Shown here piece by piece: positions 47,530 through 55,979 of a stretch of 64,000 bases of DNA. The DNA is from a virus. The stretch's first letter is position 1. Each line of letters opens with the position of its first letter. The position numbers and the translations under genes were made by a program. The notes under the pieces were generated by a model. It ran no database searches, was not told where the DNA came from, and saw only the letters and a program-made list of their open reading frames with translations. The stretch lies in the IMG/VR virus record IMGVR_UViG_3300020200_000015, positions 18,961-82,960 of that record. The stretch is one strand, 5' to 3'.

Positions 47530-48267
47530 TCAAACTTTCCTGTAGCGCTCTTCAGGAGGCCAATTCCAACCGTGCACTTCGCCTCTTGAAGCCTGCCAGT
47601 GCCAAACAATAGCGTTCTCATCAGATGGCGCTACCAGCACAGGGTTCTTCTTATCGCCAACAAGAGCGGGCGGCAAGGAAGCCCATTTGACTCCAAGGTC
47701 GATGATTGGCGGAGCTTGCAGCTTCGCAATCATGTTCTGCATCACAGTCTGGTCGTTATTGTGCCAGTTGGTTTGGACAGGCTTCATCTTCTTGATGCAA
47801 GCCGTACCCCAGTCTTTGAACCACTCGTAGTTCTCAGGCGTGCGACGGGCAGCAATGGTGCCAGCCATCCAGTGATTGACGTTGTACACCAAGCCTAGGT
47901 CGCAGTCGTCAAGATCGTGTACTACGAGGTTCAGATCGCCACGGGTTCTTGAGTCAACGTCAGTCCAAAGCACTGTGTCGGTGCAGTAGTCGGAATCAAG
48001 CACTGCGCTGATCCAACACGGCTTTAGGAAGCCGATGTTGTTCCAGTTAGTCAGCAGCTTGCCGTTAACCGGAGGACGAAACTCATAGATGTGAGCAACC
48101 TTGTCCGAGTCGCTTCGCTGGACGTAAACGTCGATGACTGACTCGCCCGGCTTTGCAAGACCGACGATCATCATCACAGGCTTGGAATGCTGCTTGATGG
48201 ACTTTACCCAACCGGGAAGCTCTTTGATGTACCTGTTCCCAATCGCAAACGTCGTGACGGTAATCAT
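47530..48267 (-). CDS. Nucleotide-diphospho-sugar transferase (GT-A fold)
   Basis: FLKP.WI, VLWTDVD (DxD), AGTI, NDQ and a C-terminal HWQASR. Confidence 0.75.
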   Translation of the reverse strand: MITVTTFAIGNRYIKELPGWVKSIKQHSKPVMMIVGLAKPGESVIDVYVQRSDSDKVAHIYEFRPPVNGKLLTNWNNIGFLKPCWISAVLDSDYCTDTVLWTDVDSRTRGDLNLVVHDLDDCDLGLVYNVNHWMAGTIAARRTPENYEWFKDWGTACIKKMKPVQTNWHNNDQTVMQNMIAKLQAPPIIDLGVKWASLPPALVGDKKNPVLVAPSDENAIVWHWQASRGEVHGWNWPPEERYRKV

Positions 48268-48337
48268 GTGCTACTGGCCCCAAGTTGCGGTTGTGAGATT
48301 CGGCCTATCTCGTAGTCTTTGCACACAGGTAGGCTAA

Positions 48338-48931
48338 TCATACTATACCTGAGTTAGCCCTATCTTGGCTAAGATCGAGGTTTGCGTCCTCGATGCGGTG
48401 ACAGGCGCGCACGAGCCTCTTAAACTGCTCAATAACGTGTTTAATCACGTCACCGCCTATCCAGCCAATGTCCCGTATTTCGGTGCACGCCTTCAGCCCA
48501 GCCCGCGCCTGCTTCAGATTGAGTACAAGCTCCTCTGACCCAGGCAGCACCTCGATGTAAGACTCTCTGATCTTAAACATCCTGCTGCTCTTCACAAGCT
48601 GACGAGTACGGTTGAGCAAAGTGCGTACTGCATCAATCACTTCAGTGTGCTTGTAGTAGTCGGAGCACTCTCTCGTGAAAAGATGCAGCGCGTATTCAAG
48701 CTGCAAGAAGCCGTTGCCTGTTAGCCTCAGGTCAACGCCCTTGAGATATTGATTCAGCCTCTTCGGAATGAAAGCACGCAGACGTAATACCTGACTCGCA
48801 ATCCTAGCCGCCGGATCGGACTCTTTCTGCAAGACCTTTGAAACTCTGTACTGAGCCCAATGCTTGCGCGAGGCTTTCTCTAAGGGCTTTGATGCTCTGT
48901 CCATTGTCGATGTCGATCTTCTTGATGCCAC
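48338..48931 (-). CDS. Hypothetical protein
   Basis: 197-aa ORF; start uncertain. Confidence 0.5.
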   Translation of the reverse strand: MASRRSTSTMDRASKPLEKASRKHWAQYRVSKVLQKESDPAARIASQVLRLRAFIPKRLNQYLKGVDLRLTGNGFLQLEYALHLFTRECSDYYKHTEVIDAVRTLLNRTRQLVKSSRMFKIRESYIEVLPGSEELVLNLKQARAGLKACTEIRDIGWIGGDVIKHVIEQFKRLVRACHRIEDANLDLSQDRANSGIV

Positions 48932-49424
48932 TGCATCTTACGTAGCGGCGGCTGTCACCAGTGAACGAGCAGCCTGCCTTAAAGATATGACACAGTAGCA
49001 TATTCTCATTACCAAACTCGTCAGCTAATTCTTTGACCTCATGCTTGAACCCACCATCAGTCACTACAGCGTACTGCATCGGCGTGCCGATTGAATGACA
49101 GCGCAGCAAGCATTGTTTGATCTCATCAGCGAGACGCTTACCAAAATACCCTTGCCCGAACAACGGCTTGGCGAAACCCTCAGACATAGCAATGTACGCT
49201 TCACGAGGGGTGACGCTATGAAAAGCCGGCAGCACGCTATCTTTGGATTCTTCGAAGAAGTCCGGATAGTAACCATCCAAACCAAGCGCTCTGTGAGTCA
49301 TTATTTTGAGCGCATTGGCAAACTTGAACAGATACACACCATCACTGCACCGGGCAAGCATGGTGCCGATAGTGTCTTTACCGCTATGGGGTGGCCCATT
49401 GAGTACGATAATCTTCATTTGCAA
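48804..49424 (-). CDS. Deoxynucleoside monophosphate kinase
   Basis: NGPPHSGKDT, FANALK, TPRE, KP.FG, VTDGGF..E and DSR. Confidence 0.85.
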   Translation of the reverse strand: MQMKIIVLNGPPHSGKDTIGTMLARCSDGVYLFKFANALKIMTHRALGLDGYYPDFFEESKDSVLPAFHSVTPREAYIAMSEGFAKPLFGQGYFGKRLADEIKQCLLRCHSIGTPMQYAVVTDGGFKHEVKELADEFGNENMLLCHIFKAGCSFTGDSRRYVRCSGIKKIDIDNGQSIKALRESLAQALGSVQSFKGLAERVRSGG

Positions 49425-49450
49425 TACCTTACTGATTGATGATTATCTGA

Positions 49451-49645
49451 CTACAGATAATCCTCTAGGTAGTGCAATCCACAATACCTTCCATAGTACG
49501 CGCCATCATGTACATATACCTTGTACTTGTGATACTTACCACAACTTGAAGGAACCGAGATTTCCGTGAGTTCGTCCTCCAAGATGAATGACCCACCGTC
49601 CTGGGGGCCACCGTACAGATAGTAGACTACGCCACTAGGATGCAT
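49451..49645 (-). CDS. Small hypothetical protein
   Basis: GGP.DG motif common in small phage proteins. Confidence 0.45.
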   Translation of the reverse strand: MHPSGVVYYLYGGPQDGGSFILEDELTEISVPSSCGKYHKYKVYVHDGAYYGRYCGLHYLEDYL

Positions 49646-49973
49646 ACCTAGTACTACAAGATTCTAGGCAAGTGATGGCCATGACTCATAGCGTGAAAGC
49701 GGGGTGACAGGTAAAGAGCGATAACCCATAGCGTGAAAGCGGGGTCGGGCTGAGTCGGGCTGAGTCTATCAGTACCGTGGAACCCAGATCAGTGAGGCTA
49801 GTAAGGATGAGAAGCTGAGGAGCTGAGGGGCTGAGGGGCTGAGAGGCTGACTAGTTGGCTGGCTGACTGGATGTGATCTTTACTATGGTCAAAGGTAGAT
49901 CAACTTTTGAAAGCATATTCTGGATGAGGTAGGTGGCGCGGTTGGGCGTCCGGTCGTGTCGTACTATTTGCCA

Positions 49974-50007
49974 GGTGGGGGGCGGGGGACCGCCCCCGCC
50001 CCCACCC
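49974..50007. terminator. Strong GC hairpin downstream of the Ala-rich gene
   Basis: GGGGGCGGGGG-ACCG-CCCCCGCCCCC (11-bp perfect stem); no clear U-tract. Confidence 0.5.
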
Positions 50008-50013
50008 TAAGGG

Positions 50014-50478
50014 CTACGCCTTAGGGGCGGTAGGGTGCAACGACCAACGTTGTGCGCCCGTATACGGGCGCGCAATATAGTGCCCCGCACGTGCGCCGGG
50101 TGTGCTACAACCCGGTTTGGCGGGGACGTTATGCACGACGATAGTAGCGTCGCTGGCGGCGGCGGTTGCCGTCGCCAGTTGCACGGCGGCGCAGGCGTGG
50201 ACGCTACTACCGGCAGGCACGGTCGGCCAGCCAACGTTGGCGCCACGCGGCGCCCGGTAGTTGCCTGCGACCGGCACCACAAAGGCGACGCCGTGCACGA
50301 CGGCAACGACGCCAGCAGCAAGGGCGACGCCAACGTCGCCGGCGGGTACCGTAACGGCGGCGGCGGCAGTCGCCACGGCAGGGGGCACGGCAGGGACCGT
50401 GGCAGGGGCCGCCTTGGCGGCGGCAGGGGGCACGGCAGGGACCGTGGCAGGGGACGGGTTGTTACGTTGCGTTGCCAT
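50014..50478 (-). CDS. Ala/Val/Pro-rich hypothetical protein with no Glu (probable start MATQRNN)
   Basis: Preceded by the cassette-type hairpin CCCGCGCA-TGG-TGCGCGGG; PATVPAVPPA occurs twice. Confidence 0.55.
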   Translation of the reverse strand: MATQRNNPSPATVPAVPPAAAKAAPATVPAVPPAVATAAAAVTVPAGDVGVALAAGVVAVVHGVAFVVPVAGNYRAPRGANVGWPTVPAGSSVHACAAVQLATATAAASDATIVVHNVPAKPGCSTPGARAGHYIARPYTGAQRWSLHPTAPKA

Positions 50479-50559
50479 ACTGTGCTTGCCGGACGACCCG
50501 CGCACCATGCGCGGGTAGCCCGTGCACGTGGCAGGGGCTGTTGTCCGACGACCCCACCT

Positions 50560-50907
50560 TAGCAAATACCATGCCACGCACGGCATGACGGCCTGCTTTT
50601 TTTTTGCGATTGTCGCAAGCCCTTATATCGCAACGGGTTACGGCCAATAAATATTTTCGCTGCACTATAGTGCATCGCATGGCTGGTCGGCCTTACTGTT
50701 ACGACATGGTAACGTTTTGGGCCATGCGCGCAAGTCTTTGCACGACAAGCACTTGCGGATGGCTGTTTGTTACGCTAGCCACACTGCCAATGTGCCATGC
50801 GCTAGCAAATACCATGCCACGCACGGCATGACGGCCGACTTTTTTTTGCGATTGTTGCAAGTCCTTATATTACAGGTATTTGCGACCACATAGCAAATAC
50901 CATGCCA
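50560..50907 (-). promoter_or_regulatory. Three identical sigma54-like -24/-12 boxes TGGCATGGTATTTGCTA
   Basis: Copies at 50560-50576, 50803-50819 and 50891-50907; exact GG-N10-GC spacing. Confidence 0.55.
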
Positions 50908-50920
50908 CGCACGGCATGAC

Positions 50921-50985
50921 GGCATGACAGGCTAGCATGACAGGCTGGCATGACAGGCTGGCATGACAGGCTGGCATGACAGGCT
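50921..50985. repeat. 13-bp tandem repeat GGCATGACAGGCT, 5 copies
   Basis: Read directly; one unit starts with A. Confidence 0.9.
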
Positions 50986-51352
50986 GGCAGGGGAGGGGAG
51001 GCTGCCAGGATGGCAGGGCTGCCAGGATGGCAGCCCGGCGTTCATTCAACCCTTTTATGAATAACAGAACTGAAAAACAGAACTGAATAACTGAATGAAT
51101 GAAATTCATCCCTCAAATTCAAGTCAGCATAACTGAATGCTCAGTCTCAACAGCAATTCACTCTATCAATGCAGAACTGAATGATGCAGTCTACTGAAGC
51201 TCAGTAGATTATATCTGCTTGAATTCAGTCAGTCACTATGACTATGAGGTGCTGACTTCTTTCATTCATTCTTTCTTTCAGTCACTCTATCATTCATTCT
51301 TTCATTCACTCATGACTGAATGAAACATTGCTGCACATGGCGGCATGGCCGC

Positions 51353-51673
51353 CTAGTCGAACCACAACTTTAGCATAGGCTCGCCGCCTTGCGGGAATAT
51401 GTTGACGGACAAGTAACCGTCAGGCAACTCGTCCGGCAACTGCCGCAAAGCAGCGACGAAGGCAGCGTAGCTGTCGGCAGTATGCCAGCCGTGCGTCAAG
51501 TACACGCTAACGCCGTCTGCCGTGCCATCGCCGTCGGCAGTCTCGTCGGCATGCATCGACAGCACATAGTTAAATACGTCAACATGTGCATGGCAGCACT
51601 CGATGACGGCACGAAAGAAGTTAGCGTACTCCTTGCTAGCGTTGTACGTAAAGGTGGGGATCGGCTTCTGCAT
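51353..51673 (-). CDS. Cassette gene 1, paralogue family A
   Basis: Start follows the cassette RBS; shares CC..H, GV.V.L..GW, ALR.LP..LPDG and KLW with genes 2 and 3. Confidence 0.75.
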   Translation of the reverse strand: MQKPIPTFTYNASKEYANFFRAVIECCHAHVDVFNYVLSMHADETADGDGTADGVSVYLTHGWHTADSYAAFVAALRQLPDELPDGYLSVNIFPQGGEPMLKLWFD

Positions 51674-51680
51674 TGTTTCG

Positions 51681-51785
51681 TTGTCCTTTGCGCCGCACCA
51701 TGCGGCGCAGGTGTAGCATACTATACGGTGCAAGGGTTGCAAACACTAGCCAACACATTCATTACCACCACCACTTCATTCATTC
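51681..51785 (-). promoter_or_regulatory. Repeated promoter-hairpin-RBS cassette, copy 1
   Basis: TTGCAA-N16-TATGCT, hairpin GCGCCGCA-TGG-TGCGGCGC, AAAGGACAAC. Confidence 0.85.
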
Positions 51786-52108
51786 AATCACTCAGTCACT
51801 CTTTCAATCATTCATTCACTCACTCTTGATGTCATGACTTCATTCCAGAGTGACACGGTGAGGTTCATATGACTTAGTCACACTGAGTTCACTCATTCAG
51901 TTAGAACATATCTGCCTGAGTTCATTCAAATAGATATGTTCTACCTGAGTTCATTCACCGTTGAGTTCAGTCAGTCACTCAGTCAGCGTGTAACTGAACT
52001 GAATTCATTCTAGCATTCATGTGCGCATAACTGAACTGAATTCATTCTAGCATTCATGTGCGCATAACTGAACTCATGAGCCAGTGCACCTAACGGCACA
52101 AGCCGTGG

Positions 52109-52462
52109 CTAGTAGTACCACAGCTTGAAAACCGGGTGCCCTTTAGGGGCAAACAAGTTGATTACAAGGTCGCCGTCGGGCAGCGCGTGGCTAGCCATGC
52201 ACGGGCAGCGACCAACGTCGGGCAGCGCACGCAGGGCGGCGATGAAGTCGGCATAGACGCTTGCTTGCCAGCCGTCGTTGAGCCACACGGTTACACCGTT
52301 GGCTCGCAGTTCCCCGGCTTCGTCGCCAGTATACCTGATGTACCACGTGAAACTGTCGCTGTGCTTTTGGCAGCAAGCGACAATGTGCTGAAGCAAGTTG
52401 TCGTAGCCGTCGCAGTTGGCGACAAAGGGTGGCACCGTTGCCATTGGTTGAGGGTCGTGCAT
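52109..52462 (-). CDS. Cassette gene 2, paralogue family A
   Basis: Highly similar to 52670..52978. Confidence 0.8.
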   Translation of the reverse strand: MHDPQPMATVPPFVANCDGYDNLLQHIVACCQKHSDSFTWYIRYTGDEAGELRANGVTVWLNDGWQASVYADFIAALRALPDVGRCPCMASHALPDGDLVINLFAPKGHPVFKLWYY

Positions 52463-52575
52463 GTTGTTGTCCTTTGCACCGCACTATGCGGCGCAGGTGT
52501 AGCATACTATACGGTGCAAGGGTTGCAAGCACTAGCCCACACATTCATTACCACCACCACTTCATTCATTCAATC
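52463..52575 (-). promoter_or_regulatory. Repeated promoter-hairpin-RBS cassette, copy 2
   Basis: Near-identical to copy 1. Confidence 0.85.
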
Positions 52576-52637
52576 ACTCAGTCACTCTTGACTTCAATCA
52601 CCCTTGAGTTCATTCATTCAGTAGATTGTCAGGCACT

Positions 52638-52666
52638 GAAAAAGCCACCCCGCTAGGGGTGGCTTG
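52638..52666 (-). terminator. Intrinsic terminator (duplicated at about 54620-54646)
   Basis: AAGCCACCCC-GCTA-GGGGTGGCTT with a U-run on the minus strand. Confidence 0.8.
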
Positions 52667-52669
52667 AGG

Positions 52670-52978
52670 TTAGTCGTGCCACAGCTTGAAAACCGGGTGC
52701 CCCTTGGGGGCAAACAAGTTGACTACAAGGTCGCCGTCGGGCAGCGCGTTGGGCAGCCACCGCAGGGCGTCGATGAAGTCGGCGTATGTGCTTGCTTGCC
52801 AGCCGTCGTTGAGCCACACGGTTACGCCACAAGCTTGGTCGCCAGTATACCTGACAAGAAACGTAAGGGCGTCGCTGTGCTTTTGGCAGCAAGCGACAAT
52901 GTGCTGAAACAAGTTGTCGTAGTCGTCGCTGTTGGCGATAAAGGGTGGCACCGTTGCCATTGGTTGAGGGTCGTGCAT
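52670..52978 (-). CDS. Cassette gene 3, paralogue family A (no Glu)
   Basis: Cassette RBS upstream; paralogy with genes 1 and 2. Confidence 0.8.
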   Translation of the reverse strand: MHDPQPMATVPPFIANSDDYDNLFQHIVACCQKHSDALTFLVRYTGDQACGVTVWLNDGWQASTYADFIDALRWLPNALPDGDLVVNLFAPKGHPVFKLWHD

Positions 52979-53090
52979 GTTGTTGTCCTTTGCGCCGCAC
53001 TATGCGGCGCAGGTGTAGCATACCATACGGTGCAAGGGTTGCAAGCACTAGCCCACACATTCATTACCACCACCACTTCATTCATTCATT
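52979..53090 (-). promoter_or_regulatory. Repeated promoter-hairpin-RBS cassette, copy 3
   Basis: Near-identical repeat. Confidence 0.85.
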
Positions 53091-53164
53091 CACTCTTGAG
53101 TTCAGTCACTCTTGACTGACTTCATTCATTCACTCACCCTAGGCAGGCAAAGCAAACCTGGGCG

Positions 53165-53452
53165 TTAGCCCAGGTCGGCCTCAACCAGCACGGCGGTTAC
53201 ACCCTCACCGTCGGCACTGTTGCCGGCGGTGTCGAACAGGTACGCCGCCTTGTCGTGAGACATGCCCTGCGCCGTCTCCTCGTCCAACATGCCATCGGCA
53301 ACCAGCTTGCCGACCGTCGTGGTCTCAAGCTGCGCGTCGTACTGCGACGGCCCAAGGCCGTTGAGAATGCGACCGCACCACAGCAGGGTTTGAGCGTCGG
53401 GGTTGGTCCCCAGCGCATTGAAAAACACACACACAAGTCGTTTGTTAGCCAT
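53165..53452 (-). CDS. Cassette gene 4, acidic hypothetical protein (start MANKRL)
   Basis: AAGGAC RBS after the cassette hairpin. Confidence 0.7.
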   Translation of the reverse strand: MANKRLVCVFFNALGTNPDAQTLLWCGRILNGLGPSQYDAQLETTTVGKLVADGMLDEETAQGMSHDKAAYLFDTAGNSADGEGVTAVLVEADLG

Positions 53453-53458
53453 GAGAAC

Positions 53459-53585
53459 TGTCCTTGTCGTTTGGTTGTGCGACGCACTATGCGGCGCAGG
53501 TGTAGCATACCATACGGTGCAAGGGTTGCAAGCACTAGCCCACACATTCATTACCACCACCACTTCATTCATTCATTCATTCATT
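53459..53585 (-). promoter_or_regulatory. Repeated promoter-hairpin-RBS cassette, copy 4
   Basis: Near-identical repeat. Confidence 0.85.
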
Positions 53586-53622
53586 CACTCACCGCTGAAT
53601 GATTGACTGATTTCATTCAGTC

Positions 53623-53897
53623 CTGAGTTCAGTTAGAACATATCTACCTGAGTTCAGTTAGAACATATCTACCTGAGTTCAGTTAGAACATATCTACATT
53701 CACTCAGTTAGAACATATCTACCTGAGTTCAGTTAGAACATATCTACCTGAGTTCAGTTAGAACATATCTACATTCACTCAGTTAGAACATATCTACATT
53801 CACTCAGTTAGAACATATCTACATTCACTCAGTTAGAACATATCTACATTCACTCAGTTAGAACATATCTACCTGAGTTCAGTTAGAACATATCTAC
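53623..53897. repeat. 25-bp tandem array of 11 units in two variants
   Basis: [CTGAGT or ATTCAC]TCAGTTAGAACATATCTAC in the order AAABAABBBBA. Confidence 0.95.
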
Positions 53898-54065
53898 ATT
53901 CATTCATCGCGGCACTTGAAGTCATTCTATACATATGCGCGCATAACTGAATGATCTCTCATCAACCATATGCGCGCATAACTGAATGATCTAATTCATT
54001 CCAGAGTCTTGGAATGCAATCAGTCACTCAGTCTTGAGTGATGTGCAAGTAGCGGCGGGCGCAAA

Positions 54066-54422
54066 CTACTGTTTGCGCCATGGGTCACTTAGCCATTTGC
54101 TGTTGCTACCTTGACTGTACAGCTTGCTGCCGTCAGCCAGCGTCGCCCAGGCAACCCAAAAGCCACGCGATGAGCTAACCACGGTCGCCAAGCAACGGCC
54201 TTGGTGCCAAATAGCGTCGCTACCCTCAAGGTTAGTAACCACCACCCAACCGTCACCAACTGGTTGGGCGTCGGCGTCGTCGTTGCACTGCTGGCTGATG
54301 TTGTTGTCGCCGCTACCCAGCAGCACGCACAGCTCAACAATTGCCTTTAACAAACCGCCCTGCCCAGCGGGCAAGCGTTTGCCTTCGTCCAAGTACAAGC
54401 CCAATGCCTTTTGTTCGTCCAT
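54066..54422 (-). CDS. Cassette gene 5, hypothetical protein (start MDEQKA)
   Basis: Cassette RBS upstream. Confidence 0.7.
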   Translation of the reverse strand: MDEQKALGLYLDEGKRLPAGQGGLLKAIVELCVLLGSGDNNISQQCNDDADAQPVGDGWVVVTNLEGSDAIWHQGRCLATVVSSSRGFWVAWATLADGSKLYSQGSNSKWLSDPWRKQ

Positions 54423-54514
54423 GTGTTGTTGTCCTTTGCGCCGCACTATGCGGCGCAGGTGTAGCATACCATACGGTGCAAGGGTTGCAAGCACTAGCCC
54501 ACACATTCATTACC
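54423..54514 (-). promoter_or_regulatory. Repeated promoter-hairpin-RBS cassette, copy 5
   Basis: Near-identical repeat. Confidence 0.85.
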
Positions 54515-54582
54515 GCAGTCACTCACTCTTGACTTCACTCACTCTTGAGTTCATTCCAGAGTCTTGGAATGCAATCAGTCAC

Positions 54583-54700
54583 TCTTGAGTTCATTCATTC
54601 AGTAGATTATCAGGCACTGAAAAAGCCACCCCGCTAGGGGTGGCTTGAGGTTAGTCGTGCCACAGCTTGAAAACCAGCCTACGGTGCAAGGGCTACAAGC
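54583..54700 (-). pseudogene. Relic cassette: 3' end (FKLWHD*) and terminator of a family-A gene fused to a promoter fragment
   Basis: 54583-54675 duplicates 52603-52694; it is followed by TACGGTGCAAGGG from the cassette promoter. Confidence 0.75.
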
Positions 54701-54713
54701 AACTGCCTTGTTC

Positions 54714-55007
54714 TCACAGCGCCACCTCAACCACCACCGCATTGGCGGTTTCATCCTCGAACTCGCTGGCTGCTTCCCACACAGCGCATGCGGTGTCAGG
54801 CGGCAAGCCAGCACCAACGCTGTCATCACCCCACAGGTCACGCACAGCGCCAAGGGTGGTGTTGAAATCCAGCTTAATTTCCTTGGTGTAAGGCCCATGC
54901 CCTTCATGCAGCTTACCTTCGGTAAAGAAAAGCTGGGTGAACTGGTGCTTGCCGAAGTTGCAGTGCGCTATCAGCTGCACCTTGTTTGCTTTTGGTTGTG
55001 TTGCCAT
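54714..55007 (-). CDS. Cassette gene 6, hypothetical protein
   Basis: Cassette RBS upstream. Confidence 0.7.
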   Translation of the reverse strand: MATQPKANKVQLIAHCNFGKHQFTQLFFTEGKLHEGHGPYTKEIKLDFNTTLGAVRDLWGDDSVGAGLPPDTACAVWEAASEFEDETANAVVVEVAL

Positions 55008-55096
55008 GTCGTTGTCCTTTGCGCCGCACTATGCGGCGCAGGTGTAGCATACTATACGGTGCAAGGGTTGCAAGCACTAGCCCACACATTCATTAC
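55008..55096 (-). promoter_or_regulatory. Repeated promoter-hairpin-RBS cassette, copy 6
   Basis: Near-identical repeat. Confidence 0.85.
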
Positions 55097-55192
55097 CCCC
55101 GCTGCACTCATTCAACTGCGCCTGCTTTACCCTGCGCTGAATGAATGAATTCACACACAAGGCAAGCCACCTTGTTGAAGGGTGGCCGCCCA

Positions 55193-55459
55193 CTACACCA
55201 CAAACATCAGGTCAGGGTGTGCGGGCTTGTACTGCTGAGTGCCAGCGGCCTTGTTGAGCGCGTCGCGCACAACAGGGTTTTGGTGGCCATCAGCAAACTT
55301 AATGAGGTTGTTAACCATGGCATCAAGCTGGGCGCGCATAACGCGCACACTTTCAACCAACGCGGCGTCGCCCATGCTTTCAGCATTTGCGGCGATGTAA
55401 TCATAGCGCAGCTTAAAGCGCTGCACTTGGTTGCCAATGGCAAGTAGGTAGTCGTCCAT
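55193..55459 (-). CDS. Cassette gene 7, hypothetical protein (start MDDYLL)
   Basis: AAGGAC RBS after the hairpin. Confidence 0.7.
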   Translation of the reverse strand: MDDYLLAIGNQVQRFKLRYDYIAANAESMGDAALVESVRVMRAQLDAMVNNLIKFADGHQNPVVRDALNKAAGTQQYKPAHPDLMFVV

Positions 55460-55469
55460 TTGAGTGTCG

Positions 55470-55560
55470 CTGTCCTTGTTGTTGGTGCGGCGCACCATGC
55501 GCCGCAGGTGTAGCATACCATACGGTGCAAGGGTTGCAAGCACTAGCCCACACATTCATT
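55470..55560 (-). promoter_or_regulatory. Repeated promoter-hairpin-RBS cassette, copy 7 (compensatory stem variant)
   Basis: Same promoter; hairpin GCGGCGCA-TGG-TGCGCCGC. Confidence 0.85.
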
Positions 55561-55979
55561 TACAGCAGCGCCTTCACCTTGGCCCAGTACTTCACCGTGG
55601 CGTCCTTGCGGTGTCCTTTCGGCCCACCATTGTGAATACGGGCCAGCTTCTCACGGTCACCGTCGGCCACAGCTTGCTTGGCGTACCTGAGCCAGTAGGC
55701 AACCACGCACCTCTCAGCATAAGTGCGGCCTTTCACGTCGTCGTATGTACCACCCAGCTCAGTGCAATGGTCGGTAGCGTCCTTCCAGTACACGCGCCAC
55801 AGCTGAAAGCTGCCAAGAGCCTTGCCCTTGTCGCCAACAGCCTCATTGTCGTTGCCACTTTCCACGGTGGCAATGGCATCAAGTAGCGGGCGCAGCTTTG
55901 TGCGCGCCTCATCGAGTTCGGCTACCGTTGACCCCTTGGGCGCAACGGCAAGCATGAGCATAAACGCTAGTGTCCTCAT
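55560..55979 (-). CDS. i-type (destabilase-like) lysozyme/transglycosylase with a hydrophobic N-terminus
   Basis: AIATVESG, G.FQL...YW.DA, ARIHNGGPKG and YW.KV; start MRTLAFMLMLAVA after an AAAGGAC RBS. Confidence 0.75.
   Translation of the reverse strand: MRTLAFMLMLAVAPKGSTVAELDEARTKLRPLLDAIATVESGNDNEAVGDKGKALGSFQLWRVYWKDATDHCTELGGTYDDVKGRTYAERCVVAYWLRYAKQAVADGDREKLARIHNGGPKGHRKDATVKYWAKVKALL

Noticed and set aside
52520-52545. Sigma54 box overlapping the class I -35 (TGGGCTAGTGCTTGCA)
   Set aside because: The -24 GG is not kept in copy 1, and the sigma70-type -35/-10 pair explains the element.
52109-52978. Diversity-generating retroelement TR/VR pair
   Set aside because: The first few differences are at adenines, but others are not (CTT/TTT, a multi-codon block, indels), and there is no reverse transcriptase in the window.
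53623-53897. Mini-CRISPR array
   Set aside because: The variable part is only 6 bp with two alternating variants; there are no unique spacers.
51674-55555. N-terminal extensions such as MCGLVLATLAPY or MNEVVVVM on cassette ORFs
   Set aside because: They are translations of the repeated promoter; the true starts follow the AAGGAC RBS.
51681-55560. CRISPR array or integron attC array
   Set aside because: The repeats are ~100-bp promoter/RBS modules separated by whole genes. I see no cas gene, integron integrase or attC-type core sites in the window.
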